The notes below the pieces were generated by a model that saw nothing but the letters and a program-made list of their open reading frames with translations, was not told the origin of the DNA and ran no database searches. Made by a program: the position numbers and the translations under genes. Positions 36,071-50,400 of a stretch of DNA of 64,000 bases are shown one piece after another (position 1 is the stretch's first letter; each line of letters opens with the position of its first letter). The DNA is taken from positions 105,695,610 to 105,759,609 of the forward strand of contig NC_068983.1 of NCBI RefSeq assembly GCF_001194135.2, read 5' to 3'. Origin of the DNA: Octopus bimaculoides. Lineage: Eukaryota.

Positions 36071-39000
36071 TTGTCCCCCCACCATCGCTTCACAACTGAT
36101 GCTGGTGTGTTTACGTCCCCGTAACTTAGCGGTTCGGCAAAAAGAGTCCGATAGAACACGTACTAGGCTTACAAAGAATAAGTCCTGGGGTCGATTAGCT
36201 CGACTAAAGGCGGTGCTCCAGCATGGCCACAGTCAAATGACTGAAACAAGTAAAAGAGTATTAGTTATATTTACATTAAAAAAAGCCATGTAACTCCCCA
36301 GATTACAGTGTGGCCTATTTGCGAGTTAACTGCAAATACCTATTTTGATAACCCAAAACTAAGGGTGCGACCTACCTGCGAGTATATATAGTAACTTTAT
36401 TCTACCTGGTATAAAATAACACCAATTCTTTTTTACTTACTTGTCCCAAACATACTGTAAATCTTTTGTATCAATTGCTATTTTAACTTCATTCATTCCC
36501 TTAATCTCATCAGGTACTTGAAACACAAGATAGGTAGGTGAAGCCACATCTTGAAAGAAGAAGAAAATAAAATACATAATACATATAATATACGTAATGT
36601 CACATTAGAATCTTACAATGTTTGAATTAAGTTTCAGGTTTTACTTCAAAATATTTTCAATCAGTTATCATTTAGTGAATTGTTAGGGCATCAGGCCTTG
36701 TGAAATTTCTTCTGACTCTTTACATTCTGGGTTCAAATCTTACCAAAGTCAACTTCAATTTTCATTCCTCCAGGATCAATCAAGCATTGAGATTGATGAA
36801 ATCAATGACTCCTCTCCTCAAAACTGCTGACTTTATGGCCTAAATAAGAAAATATTTTTCTAGAATATTTTGGTTAGAAGAGCGGTAGAATCAGTTAAGT
36901 ACTGAACATCTTTCATTGCATTGTTCTTTCCCTCTACATTTTGAGTTCAAATCTCACCAGATTTTGATTATTTTCATTAAAAGATGTACCAGTCATATGC
37001 TGGAGATGACTTAATTGACTATACATAATTTACATAGTTGTAAACCTATGCAAAAGTAAGAAATCAATAAGTCACTATGCAAGCATGGCTTAGATGTTTT
37101 GCAAATGTTTTTCTGCATGATAATTTTACTACTACCAAATACTCTTTAAGATTATGCTTTAACTACACCTTTGAATACGGAAACAAACATTTAGGGACCA
37201 AATGAGATCCTTGCAGAAAATGTGCAAAAGAAAACCACTTAAATGATGGTAGTGGAGAAAAAAAAAACAACTCTTAGATATGACATTGTCCTTAGATAAT
37301 GAAAATCGAAAATCTATCTCTGCCATCTACATGAAAGTGGACATTTATATTTATTTAATAAATTGTGAAACAATAAAAGACAATCAACCAAGTCAAGAAG
37401 ATTGATGAATATTAAAAGACCAATAATTCTATTTTATACTCTGTTAGAGGAAGAAGGATAACACCCTGGCCTTTGTAAGGGCCGGCAAGATTGATGAGGG
37501 GTATGTTGCAAGAAATAGAGTTTAGGAGTTTCTGCAGTAAGAAGCAGTAGTACATAAAGATAGCCAATTCCAGTTATCCCAAGACGAGAGACTTGGTCAG
37601 AGTACTTGCAACAGAATAGATTCCAAGGACCAGATGGTTCTGTTAAACCAGGAAATTGATTATATATATATATATACAGGGTACGGTGAATAAATTGCCT
37701 AAATTACACAAAAATGAAAATAACACTGACATCTCATTTTAACAGATATTATATTTACCAAAATTACATAAAAATATCTTGAAATATTAATGAGTAAATT
37801 GATTCAATAAAATCGTCATTAGCTTCAACCATGCCCTCCAGATGACTTCGAAAGGGTAGTCTCAAATGGGCCGGTTATGCTGCACTAGCATAGGCCATGG
37901 TTATGGTCTCACTTGACTTGCCAGGTCTTCTCAAGCACAACATATCTCCAAAAGTCTTAGTTGCTCATCATTGCTTCCGTGAGGCCCAACATTCGAAGGT
38001 CATGCTTCACCATCCCAGGTCTTCCTGGGTCTACCTCTTCCACAGGTTCCCTCTACTGCTAGGGTGTGTCACACAGCTGTCCTCATCCATATGTAACACA
38101 TGACTATACCAACGCAGTTGTCTCTCTTGCACACCACATCTGATGCTACTTATGTCCATACACATACATATATATATTATCCAATAACAGGTACAATATG
38201 TCCAGCAGTTTTTTGTATCCTTTCTGCTTACCCAATTTTACTCACAAGACTTGGATTGACCCAAGGTTATGATAGAATACATTTAATGAAAGTGCAGCAT
38301 GGTTGGAGTGAAACTGGATGTATGAGGGGGTGCTGAAAAGTTCCTGGCTTTGGGTAAAAGAAAACACAGGAGGATCAGTTAATTATTATTTTATTCAATA
38401 TATTCCCCTCTCCTTATTGTGGAAGTCCTTCAGCTTTTCTAAGCCTTGTAAAAAAACTTGCAAGGCTGAACCTCCAACTAGGCCTTTCGCGATACCCTTA
38501 AAGCCAGGAACTTTTCAGCATCCCCTCTTATATAACAGCAAAATGAATTTAACATTATGGCTATGCTTGCATGTATACATTTTGAGACGCCAGGTCTTGT
38601 TATAAAGAACAAAGTATTTACAGGCTATATTCCTTTAACACTGTTTATTTACCCACTTTCAGAGAGTATAAACTAAACACAGAGAAATAAAAGAAAAATT
38701 GTGTGATACAATGTTTGAAACTAACCAGAGTTGATCTTGCCAGTCCATAATGATAACATCCAACAAAGATCAATTGATGAGAAATGTAATGGACTGATTT
38801 TAGCATGAAATTCTTTCTGAAAGAGAAAACAAAGGAAATGGTTTATTAGGAAAAAAGTTTGCAGGTCCAAGATCATTACATACATAGTTGTATACACACT
38901 CACACACATATAGTTCCAGAATAGTTGAAGTCTGTCTTGAGTCAACAGCATTTAAGCAATTCTGGTACATGACTCCATAAATGATATGTCAGTCTATTGT

Positions 39001-42000
39001 AGGGTTAACCTCTTACTAGCTGTTGTTGGGACTCACTTTCAGATGTGTGAACTGAAGCAATGTGATTCTCAGATCAAGTACTCTATTGTGTCCTTCAGTA
39101 AAGTACTATCAGTACAGACCCAACTCCAATAATCAAAGAGCTGGCCATTAATTTAAGTTGTTAGATAACTGTAGTTGATCGTGTATAGTTAGATGATGCC
39201 CTTTACCTTCCAATTATACAAAAATCTAGAAATGAACAGCCTTGGTGAAAAGTAAAGAGAATCAAAATATTGATATTTAACTTCAGTATGAAATCAGAGA
39301 GAAACAGTCAATTAAATCAAACTCAGTGTATTACTGACGATCAAAATTTTGTGGTCACTTGATCAGCTAGAAATAGCAACCAAATCTTCTTTACTGAAAA
39401 AAAGAAGGAAGCACAATGGGATGATGAAGCATGATATGCGACAAGACATGATGGTCATAACTGGAATGTCTTGGATCATATGTAAAAAATTGTTTTGGGC
39501 AAAATGTTCTTTCACAGAACAATTCTTTGCTTGTTTCTTTCTCTATGAGGTAGTGCCAGCTATTCTGAAAGTCTGCCAATCAACTATTACATTCATCTCA
39601 TAAGTGTAATAGTATATTTACTAATCTTTTAGTAAATAAAAAATTGGCTGTCTGTAATAGGAAAGTACCCTACAATGTGTTTGCATAAGAAAAACTGACA
39701 TTAGAGTTATTTTTCACTAATTTCCAGCATATTATAAATCACAGGTAATTACAAAGAAAGGTCTAAACTGACTAATGAATAGATTTGTTAATTTTTAACA
39801 GGTGCAGGCATGACTATGGAGTAAGAAGTTTGCTTCCCAACCACGTGGTTCCAGGTTCAGTCCCACTTCATGGCACCTTGAGCAAGTGTCTTCTACTATA
39901 ACCTCAGGCTGGCTAAAGCCTTGTGAATGGATTTGGTAGATGGAAACTGAAAGAAGCCCATCACATACACATATATATCTAATATATAAATAGCAATTTC
40001 TGTCTGTCTGTTACCATCTAAGTGCCTAAACCAGTGAACCAATATTTACAAAATTTTACATACATGTTACACTAACATCCAGTTCAATAATAGACTTATT
40101 GAATTTCAATAAAAATCTATAATGTCCCCCTCCTAGGGGCATTGGGCGAATTATGATAAAATGAGAAGGTTGCAAAACGTATTAGTCAGAGGGAAAAGTA
40201 GTAGCAGAGAGAGGGTGACTTATACCAGTGAAGGCGAGAACAGTGGTTGCAATGAGATGAACGTTAATACAGATGTCATATACATGTGACGCTGCATACA
40301 TACTTTCGTAAATATGTAGATACAACACATACACACAGAGAAAGGTAGGTGTGAGGAATACGTAGTTTTAAGGAGAGAGGGTGGCTTTTCTGCTGTCCAT
40401 CGCAAAGCAACACTCACACACAAACATACATCATCATCATCGTTTAACGTCCGCTTTCCATGCTAGCATGGGTTGGACGATTTGACTGAGGACTGGCGAA
40501 CCAGATGGCTACACCAGGCTCCAATCTGATTTGGCAGAGTTTCTACAGCTGGATGCCCTTCCTAACGCCAACCACTTTGAGAGTGTAGTGGGTACTTTTA
40601 TGTGCCACCGGCACGAAGGCCAGTCAGGCGGTACTGGCAACGGCCACGCTCAAAATGGTGTATTTTACGTGCCACCTGCACAGGAGCCAGTCCACTGGCA
40701 CTGGCAATGATCTCACTCGAATGTCTTTTCACGTGCCAGTAAGGTGACGCTGGTAATATATATATATATATCTACTACACACCATTTTAAACTTGTGATT
40801 ACCAGCATGTACATTTGTAAATTTCTCTGTGTGTGTGATGTCCTATAACTATCTGTCTATCTACTTTTGTTGGGTCTTCTTCCCTCTTGCTGTCACATAT
40901 TGTGAGATTTTAGAATTATGTCAAAATTTTCAAATTTGGGTATATTGAAATAATTTTCCACGTTAAATCCAATTTTGTTATTTATTTGTTCCTAACATCC
41001 ATTTGTATAATGGACAAATTGGATTTCAATAAAAATCTATAATGGGCCCCCTACGGAGTGGCGCTGTACACATGTTTACAAATCAGCTACGATAAGCTAT
41101 GACATCCGACAACACCAGCTACAATACATGAACTATTTGTCAATGTATTTGTAAATCTATCTACCTAACTTATTTTACTCAGATGTACAGTCGTTTGTTA
41201 AAATATTATAGGGACATTCCATATTCACCTACTAATTGTATTAATAGTTTGTAATACCTAATTTTAGCAATAAATTATTACTATAAATGTTAATAAAATA
41301 TTTAATGGCTTAATTACACCAGATTCTAAATTTTTTATATTGACATAGGAATGGGGATAGGAATGGGAGCAGAACTAAAACAGGAACTGAACAGGGAATG
41401 GGATAAGACATGAAACAATGTAATGGGAAGGGGAACTAGAAATAACCCCTACTTTTCTGAGTAATTCAACTAGTATATGTATGTATGCATGCATGTTAGT
41501 GTTTGTCCCCAACTACCATTTGACAAGTAGTGTTGGTGTGTTTACATCCCCATAACTTAGCAGTTTGGCAAACGAGATAGAATAAGTACCAGGTTTTAAG
41601 GAAAAAAAAGTTATGGGGTTGATTCAACTAAAATTTTTCAATGCATTGCCGCAGCATGGCCATAGTCTAATGACTGAAACAAGTAAAAAATAAAAGATGT
41701 CATAAATGAGTTTAGATTACTTGACAACTGACCGCATAATCATAAGATTAAATTTTACTTCAGACATTGTGTTAACAGTGTTAGTCATTTTGATTTTAAG
41801 TGTTTTTTCAGTTTTCTTTTAACAAAGTATATTTAATGAATCATATTCATGCATCTGTAATTACTGAAGACTCTCTGCATTCAATGGCCATGTTTCATTG
41901 CTACAGAATAGCAGAACATTTTCTCCATAGGTCTCATCAAATACATTGCCCATCACATTCAGAATTTATCTCTTTGCTGTCGCTGTAAGTCACAGTTCTA

Positions 42001-45000
42001 TAAATTTTTATCCCTCTTGAACAATTACTTTTACATTTTCGCTCTTCAAAAAATTCCTTTCGTAAATAAAAAGTCGGCTGTCAATAATAGGAAAGTACTG
42101 TGAAAGAATGTATACCTCAAACCACTCACAAGTCCAAGATCTAAGCATGCTAGATCCTCTAATGATCATAACTGGGTAGCATGAAAATGGCTTCTCATGT
42201 GCAGTAAAATGTGGTGATAAATCTACACAGCACATAAGTGCCAGTAGTATCATTTTATTTTGAGTGCCTGCAAAAAACAAATATCAAAGGTATTTAAGAA
42301 ATGACTTCTAACATTAGCTATAAGGACATGGAAATATTCCTGCTGGAGGATTATAGTTAATTGAAATGAACAAGTGAATGGTTAGTACATGCTTTGCTGA
42401 ATTTGGAGGGATGAACTCAGAATATAAATTAAAGAAACTAGAAATTGTAGATTACAAGGCTTACCATTTCCATCATTCCATCAATTTTATTATAAAAAAA
42501 AAAAAAACTCCAATTATATCTAATCCCTTTCTTCCAATAGAATTCTCTATCCTACAGCTAATTCTTTGCTGTGTTGGATACCTAAATTACTATCAAAAGT
42601 TTCGCTGGTTATCTGGGTGCTATTGTTTATGTGAGTAGAGCAGACCAAGCCTACAGTAACAACCCAAAGTCAACAACTTTGTAATTTGCAAACTAAATTT
42701 CTTTTCTCACTTTTTTAAAACTTTTTTTCTACCTAATATTTATTGAAATACCCGACCAAGTAGTTTTGTATCCTTTTATTATAATATACTCCGTTATTTA
42801 AAGNNNNNNNNNNNNNNNNNNNNNNNNNNNNNNNNNNNNNNNNNNNNNNNNNNNNNNNNNNNNNNNNNNNNNNNNNNNNNNNNNNNNNNNNNNNNNNNNN
42901 NNNNNNNNNNNNNNNNNNNNNNNNNNNNNNNNNNNNNNNNNNNNNNNNNNNNNNNNNNNNNNNNNNNNNNNNNNNNNNNNNNNNNNNNNNNGGTTCATTC
43001 CCACTGCGTGGCACTTTGGGCAAGTGTCTTCTACTATAGCCTCGGGCCGACCAAAGCCTTGTGAGTGGATTTGGTAGACGGAAACTGAAAGAAGCCCGTC
43101 GTATATATGTATATATATATATGTATGTGTGTGTCTGTGTTTGTCCCCCCAACATCGCTTGACAACCGATGCTGGTGTGTTTACGTCCCCGTAACTTAGC
43201 GGTTCGGCAAAAGAGACCGATAGAATAAGTCCTGGGGTCGATTAGCTCGACTAAAGGCGGTGCTCCAGCATGGCCGCAGTTAAATGACTGAAACAAGTAA
43301 AAGAGTAACAAACCAACACTGATTGCCAAGCAGTATGTGGGAGAAGCACAGACACAAAGACACATGCACACATTTATATATCTGTATTTGTATATATAAA
43401 CAATAGGCTTCCGCACAGTTTCCATCTACCAAATTCACTTACAATCTATTGGGAAGGTTTTAAAACAAATTAAGACATCATCTTTCAGATAATTTTCCTC
43501 CTTTAAAATCAGTGACTATTTTATTGCAACAGAACACCTCAAATGATTAAAACTAGAAATTATGAATCTTGCAAAGCATATTAATAAAGATTCAGAAATT
43601 CTGACACAGAATGGTTTTCAATGGAAACAAAAAATTGTTTTAATGTGAAATGGAAACAAGTTTTAGACACAATTGCCTATGGGGAAAAGCACTGACACCT
43701 ACAATATACCAAGTATTGCAATGTCGCATAGAGACATAGCCTTTAAGGAATATTTCAAAAAGGGAATCACAGAATGGAATGAAAGCTTTGCAGTGCTTTA
43801 ATTAGTTATCAGGAACTACTAAATTCAAATTTGTTTCATTTACATTTAGTGTGCTAAAGAAAGACAACTCTCACAGTAAAGTTCACAAATTTTAACGAGT
43901 TTGTCTACCATGAAGAGAAGTAAGTCTTTTTTTTTGGAAAGGTTGTTTGACAGAAATGAAGAAGTGTGTGGACAATAATTACTAGAATAGACAACTTTAT
44001 CTGGAGAGTAATTTAAACATTTGTAATTGCTTTTGTAAAAAAGCTGCATGTAATTGTGAAATAGAGCAGTCTTCTATATCATATCTTCTAACCTCTTATC
44101 CACTTTTATGCTACTATTTTGTATATCATCATCATTTAAAATCCGTTTTCCATACTGACATGGGTTGGATGGTTTGACAGGAGCTGGCTAAGGAGACTGC
44201 ACCAGGCTTCACTGTCTGTTTTGGCATGGTTTTTACAATTGGATGCCCTTCCTAACACCAACCATCTTATAGAGTAGTCAGTGCTTTTTATGTGGCAATT
44301 TGATAGAGAGAAACTGAAAGAGGCTTCTCATTCATATATATATAGGTGTGGCTCTGTGATAAGAAGCTTGCTTCCCAAACACATGGTTCCACTTTCAGTC
44401 CCACAGCATGGTACCTTGGGCAAGTGTCATCTACTATAGCCTTGGACTCACCAAAGCCTTGTGAGTGGATTTGGTAGATGGAAGCTGAAAGAAGCCCGTC
44501 ATGTGTGCATGTGTGTGTGTCTTTGCGTCTGTGTTTATCCCCCACCACTGCTTGACAACCAGTGCTGGTGTGTTTACATCCCCATAAAATATAGTTTTGG
44601 AAAATGAGACCAATAGAATAAGTACCAGGTTTAAAAACAAAAAATAAGTCCTGGTGTCGATTCATTTGACTAAAAAATTCTCCAAGGTGGTGCCCCAGCA
44701 TGGTCATATTCTAACGGTTATTTCTGATACTTTTCTCGTATTGGGCGTTTATTTCTGTATGACTTGTTCATTTCTCTTTTTTTCCCCATTTTCTATATAA
44801 GTGAAGATATTTCCTCTATCTACAAAACAAGAAGTCACATTGCGGAACTGTTATTTTAACGAGTTGTGTCCATTTATCACTGACGAGATATATCTGGACC
44901 ACTGGATACTCCCAAATCAGTTGTTGAGTGTTCCACCTGTGAGGGATCAATGCTAGATGTGTCAAAACAATTGTCATGATTAATAAATTCTCGTATATTC

Positions 45001-45187
45001 CATCTTACATTTACCATATATATACTCTCTGGGTGATTGGCATTAGGAAGGGCATCCAGCTGTAGAAACTCTGCCAAATCAGATTGGAGCCTGGTGTAGC
45101 CATCTGGTTTCACCAGTCCTCAGTCAAATCGTCCAACCCATGCTAGCATGGAAAGCGGATGTTAAACGATGATGATGATATACATAC

Positions 45188-45240
<53 letters not shown>

Positions 45241-47377
45241 TACATATACTTATGCACACACACATATATATAATATATATACTTACATACATGTAGTCTC
45301 CATCTGTTTCATCTCTTGGATTGGTAGTTTTGTATCAGAACATGTGTTGACTCAGCTTTTTCTGTTTCTCATCCTATCTACTCTGCTGTACCCCACTCTC
45401 TTCCTTCTATACAATCAATGTATACACACTTGATGTCATGCCAAAAAACACTCCCTTTCTTATAGAAATGACACTACATATCTTTCATGCTCAACCTTCC
45501 TCTATCATGCATCATCCACTTACAACTCAGAAGCCACAAGCCAAACCTGCACTGATTCTATGATCAAAAATCTTGAAAGCATCCTCCAATGGAAATATAA
45601 CATACTTGTCTCTTTCAGTAGAAGACACAAAAACACAAATGCTGCTCACATCTAGAAAATGTCACCACGCCACAGCCTTCTTAATCAAGATCATCATATA
45701 ACTAGAGCCCTTGCAATTGCTCCAAATGTTGGACTTCACTATCACCAAGGATCTCTCCTGACAAAAACACATCCTTAACGGCATCTCAATGACTGGCCCT
45801 TCTCCTCAGGGCCAGAAGATACTTCATCCCCAACAATTATTGATATTTTATAAAGCTTAGGTGAATCCCACAATGAGGTATTGATCTCACATCTGGAATA
45901 GTGGTAATGCTGCACACACATGTATCCCAGACTATATCCAGAAAAGAGCCAATCTTCAAGTGATTGGTAGAAAAGTCAGTTAGACACACTCCAGTCTCTG
46001 GCCCACTGTCTCTTTTCTCTTTCTGACAACTGTTATAATGGCCTGTTACTCAGAGCTAGTTAAACTCTTGCAACTCAGGCACTCCCAACTCACTTATTGC
46101 TTTATTTCTCATCATCCTTGTGATGCCCCACCTACCATACAACACTAATTACTACCTGTACTCCCAATCCAAGTCCTTTCCCAGAATGGTGCCACTCTAG
46201 AAATCTTTCCCTATCCATGTCTTTCCAGCAGATGTTGACTTGCAAAAGTTCACGAGGATCATTAATGGCATTACTTTTACTGGTCTAAGAGGGCCTGCTA
46301 AAGGCATAGGTGCCTTTCTCCTGACTCAACAATAAATAAATAAGTGTATGTATAGATACACATACGCATGCATACATATACACACATATATACATACATA
46401 ATATATATGTGTGCATGCCGGTGGCACGTAAAAGCACCCACTACACTCTCGGAGTGGTTGGCGTTTGGAAGGGCATCCATCTGTAGAAACTCTGCCAAAT
46501 CAGATTGGAGCCTGGTGTAGCCATCTGGTTTCACCAGTCCTCAGTCAAATCGTCCAACCCATGCTAGCATGGAAAGCGGACGTTAAATGACGACGGTGAT
46601 GATGATGATGACAAGGAAGAGAAATATTTATGAACACGCAAACTGTCCAACCTATGCCAGTATGGAAGGCAGATGTTAAATGATGATGATGATGATGATG
46701 ACACACAACTTTGACACAAAATGAATTGTCTAACTTTTAGAAAGATAATTACCCTTTTTGGTATACATTGTCAATTGTACAGCATCTTTGTCAGCTGAAG
46801 TTAAATAGATAAGAACAAGTGATGAGTAAAATGACAATAAACAAATTCTTATGCAATCACAAAATCCAAGATTTTTAAAGGTAAGTAAAACTCATGTTTT
46901 TTTTCCCCCGCCTAAAGACATGAGCAATATAAACAAAGTAAAGAAGTTCCAGTTGGGTAATTGCAATAACAAAAGGATTAGGGAGATAAAGTAACAGATT
47001 ACAGAAGACAAAATAATAATAATAAGGGAAATTAACAAGAATAAGGAGATATCAACTACAATGTGTAACATGTAGGAATTTTATAATGCTTTCTCAGATT
47101 AGGATAAAGCTGCAATGTAAAGCAGGAGTATAAATTCATTCATTTTTTTTATCAATACATTTCATATATGGTTTGGACAAACATATTAAGAAAGTATTCA
47201 ATGGCTGGATATCCTTCCTGTTGCTAACCCTTACTTGTTTTTAGGTAAGGTATTTTTCTACTGGTCTTCACATAATGAAGTGATGAAAGCACAGAGGTAC
47301 AGGATGTATTGCTTACAGGAAACATAAAGAATGTTACTGTTTTAGGCAAATGATGTTACTGTGAAGACATGCAGTAC

Positions 47378-47422
<45 letters not shown>

Positions 47423-50400
47423 AGGTGACACTAAAAATTGTGTTACTATTTCATGCATATGTATAAATTAAATGGTAGTATGACTTTGGGACCATTAAGA
47501 CCTGCATAAACTCATCAAATCTGAAACAGTAAGAGATCAAATCTTCTTTGACCAGGTGTGAATTATAAAAGATGAAGACCAAACTAAATACAGAGTTCAA
47601 GAAAAGTAATGGTGATCTATGTAGATAAAAATCATTAACTTCACAAATATGAATTAAGTTTGTCTCTCGGGGAAGTTGGGTAAGAAAGATGATTTCCAGC
47701 ATTTCTTGACTGGCAATCTAGAGGAAGATTTACCACTCATTCACTTAACATCATGAAACTGGAACAAAATGCTACCCCATAAGTGAACCCCTTTATATTT
47801 ACATTCTGCATTACATTGTAGTATAAGAGAGTGAATATGAAAAACAACCTGCTTAATACATCCATGTATTGTATGCCATGTGATACATGTGATAGCAAGG
47901 ACTGCATTATCAATTAAATTGATGTTTAGCCTCTGGTGATCTTTTTTGACTTTTGGTCAACTTTGATTGAACTCTGGTCATCCATGATAAAAACTATTTC
48001 AACTATCCTGTTTTTTTTATAAATCTAGATCTATGTTTCTCAATGTGTTTTTCATTATAAAGACAGTAATGTATGGTTTGAGGGAGACTTTACTAATTCT
48101 AGAATGTTGATGAGAGACGACACAGAAGATCTGTCTATACTTTAAGTCTCAAGTGGAAGTAGACATTCAAGAATTGTGACAGAAAGTAGCTAGGATATTT
48201 TTAGAAAGAATAAAAATCAAAGGAAAATAGCAGAATTTTAATTTAGAGGTATCAACCTGTGTAGTAACATGGATAAACATATACAATTATAGTACTCTTG
48301 TGTTTTTCTCCGTCACGACATATAAATGAGAAAGGAAGGGGGTGATAGATGAATAAGGATGGCAAATTGATAGTGGGAGCATTTCAACTCTGTGTGAGTA
48401 TATGTGTATGTATTTAAACGGGAAGTATGTGAATGTGTGTATGTGCAATGGAGAACATTCAATGCTGAAAAGAAAAATCAAACAGTGTTTCAACTCTGTG
48501 TGAGTATATGTATGTGTGTGTGCATGTACAAGGAAAGTATGTAAATGTACGTGTGAACCAGCGTTCTTTCAGTAACAAACGATGATCAATCTCAAAAAAC
48601 AACCACTAGATAATGTTGACAAGTGTATTAATTTGATTTACCATCCATATTTATATATAAAATACTACAATTAGCCATCACTTTTGACAGCACAGGGCCA
48701 GCTAGTCTATAACTATTTAAATATAGATGTAGAAGTATGCTATTAAGAAGAATAGTGTAGATATGTTGACAGATTAATAGTGTAAAGATATTGACATTTA
48801 AAAGAAAGAATAGAGATGTTGACAAATAACAATCAATGTAGAAATGCTGAGAGATGATCAAATAATGTGTAGATTTCAAGAAATAGCAAAAATGTTAGCA
48901 GTGTTGAGACATGAGGAACAAAATTTATTAAAAGCAGAAAGAAGAATGAAAAAGATACAAAATACCTTCAGAAACTTTAAATCCTTCGAGTGTTGTAAAA
49001 TTACAGGAAGAAACAGACACTGAATGAATCCCCTTTGTTTTCTGCAAGAACAAATGGTTGAGATTTTTATAATGGTATCAAAAATGTCAGAATAGTAGAA
49101 GTCCTTCTTAAAGTGAATGGTCTTTATGTCATGTAGTGTACACACTCTTGAATCAACTTTAATGGTTCCTGATGTATTGCATTGCTTCGTTTAAAGTTAG
49201 CTCTGATTCAGTAGAACTATAATCAAAGGTGTCTAACTGTATCTATCCTTTTTTCCACAGAGCATCTCACACTGCATCATACTATTGGTCTTGATTTTAA
49301 GATGGTAAGGTTTGAAATAAAGGAACTTTGGTTGCTATTTCCAACACTATAAGCAACTGTGTAGTGTTTGATAGAGCTGGATTGCTGGCTTAGGCTTGGA
49401 TCTCTTTCTCCTAAAGAAAGATTGTACTGCCACTACTTACAATTGTGACCTATTGTGAGATCTAATTGTGCTGAGTATGGACATAATACTATTGTGAGAT
49501 CTAATTGTGCTGAGTATGGACACAATGTAGTACAAGGATACAAACTACCAACCTTTCAACAGGTTTGCTAGTAATCTGTTGACTCAGACATCTTTGTTCT
49601 CTTTGTATTGTATATTGTACACTATTTGGTACATTTGTGGTACCCCAAGCCAATAAATTGGCAAAACATCTCAATATCTCAAGGGATTCACTATTGTATC
49701 ATATCAAAATTTAATTTTTCTTTTTTTTTTCTAGTTAGTAATTTACAACAGAAATGCTGGGAAAACAGAAGCTAACATCTTTGTAAAATAGTAGAATCCA
49801 ATTTTACAAGTTAAATCCCTTATATACTATATATTTATTTATTTATTTTCCTTTTTAATTGATCAAAAGTATATTTTCTTTGCCTTTAATGCTTTATTCA
49901 CTATGTTACCACCATGCTGCAAAGAGCCTTGTGACACTTTGCCCTCACCTCTCATATATGTCTATTTTTTTGCCTCACAAAATTAAGTGGGGCACAATGT
50001 TATATCAATAGGGATAGACAGAAGTAATCAACTTAGACTTACTAACATTATTTACATTTGACGGATATTTGTCCTCATCTTGTTTGTTGTTAACACAATG
50101 TTTTGAGCATATGGAGTAGTGGTTAAGAGTGTGGGTTCTAACCCCAAGATTCTAAGTTCAATTCCAGGTAGTGACCTGAATAATAATAATAACACCGAAA
50201 AATACCTTAGGAATGAGAACCCAGGTTCAAAATTTCCCCAAGACACCTGATGTATAGAACTGCATTAGACTTACTAATAAAACCAATAAACTATTTATTA
50301 TCCCATATATCCATCTCTCCTCATGGCACATTATCTGATCTTACTTTACAAACTGAATTAACTGTTTCTCAGTACAGAACATCTCTAATGTCTGTTTTTC

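Noticed and set aside
39391-39579. 62-aa minus-strand ORF as an extra CENP-L exon
   Set aside because: Overlaps a dispersed repeat (ctagaaatagcaaccaaatct..., also near 5500, 11100, 25690), has no donor, and the CENP-L frame is complete without it.
42124-42129. GTGAGT as the main donor of the 152-nt exon
   Set aside because: It breaks the frame and removes the conserved WFE residues; kept only as a possible alternative site.
48823-49023. Coiled-coil-like + strand peptide MLRDDQIMCRFQEIAKMLAVLRHEEQNLLKAERRMKK
   Set aside because: Short, no usable splice context, and partly antisense to a real CENP-L exon; A-rich sequence readily gives K/E-rich peptides.
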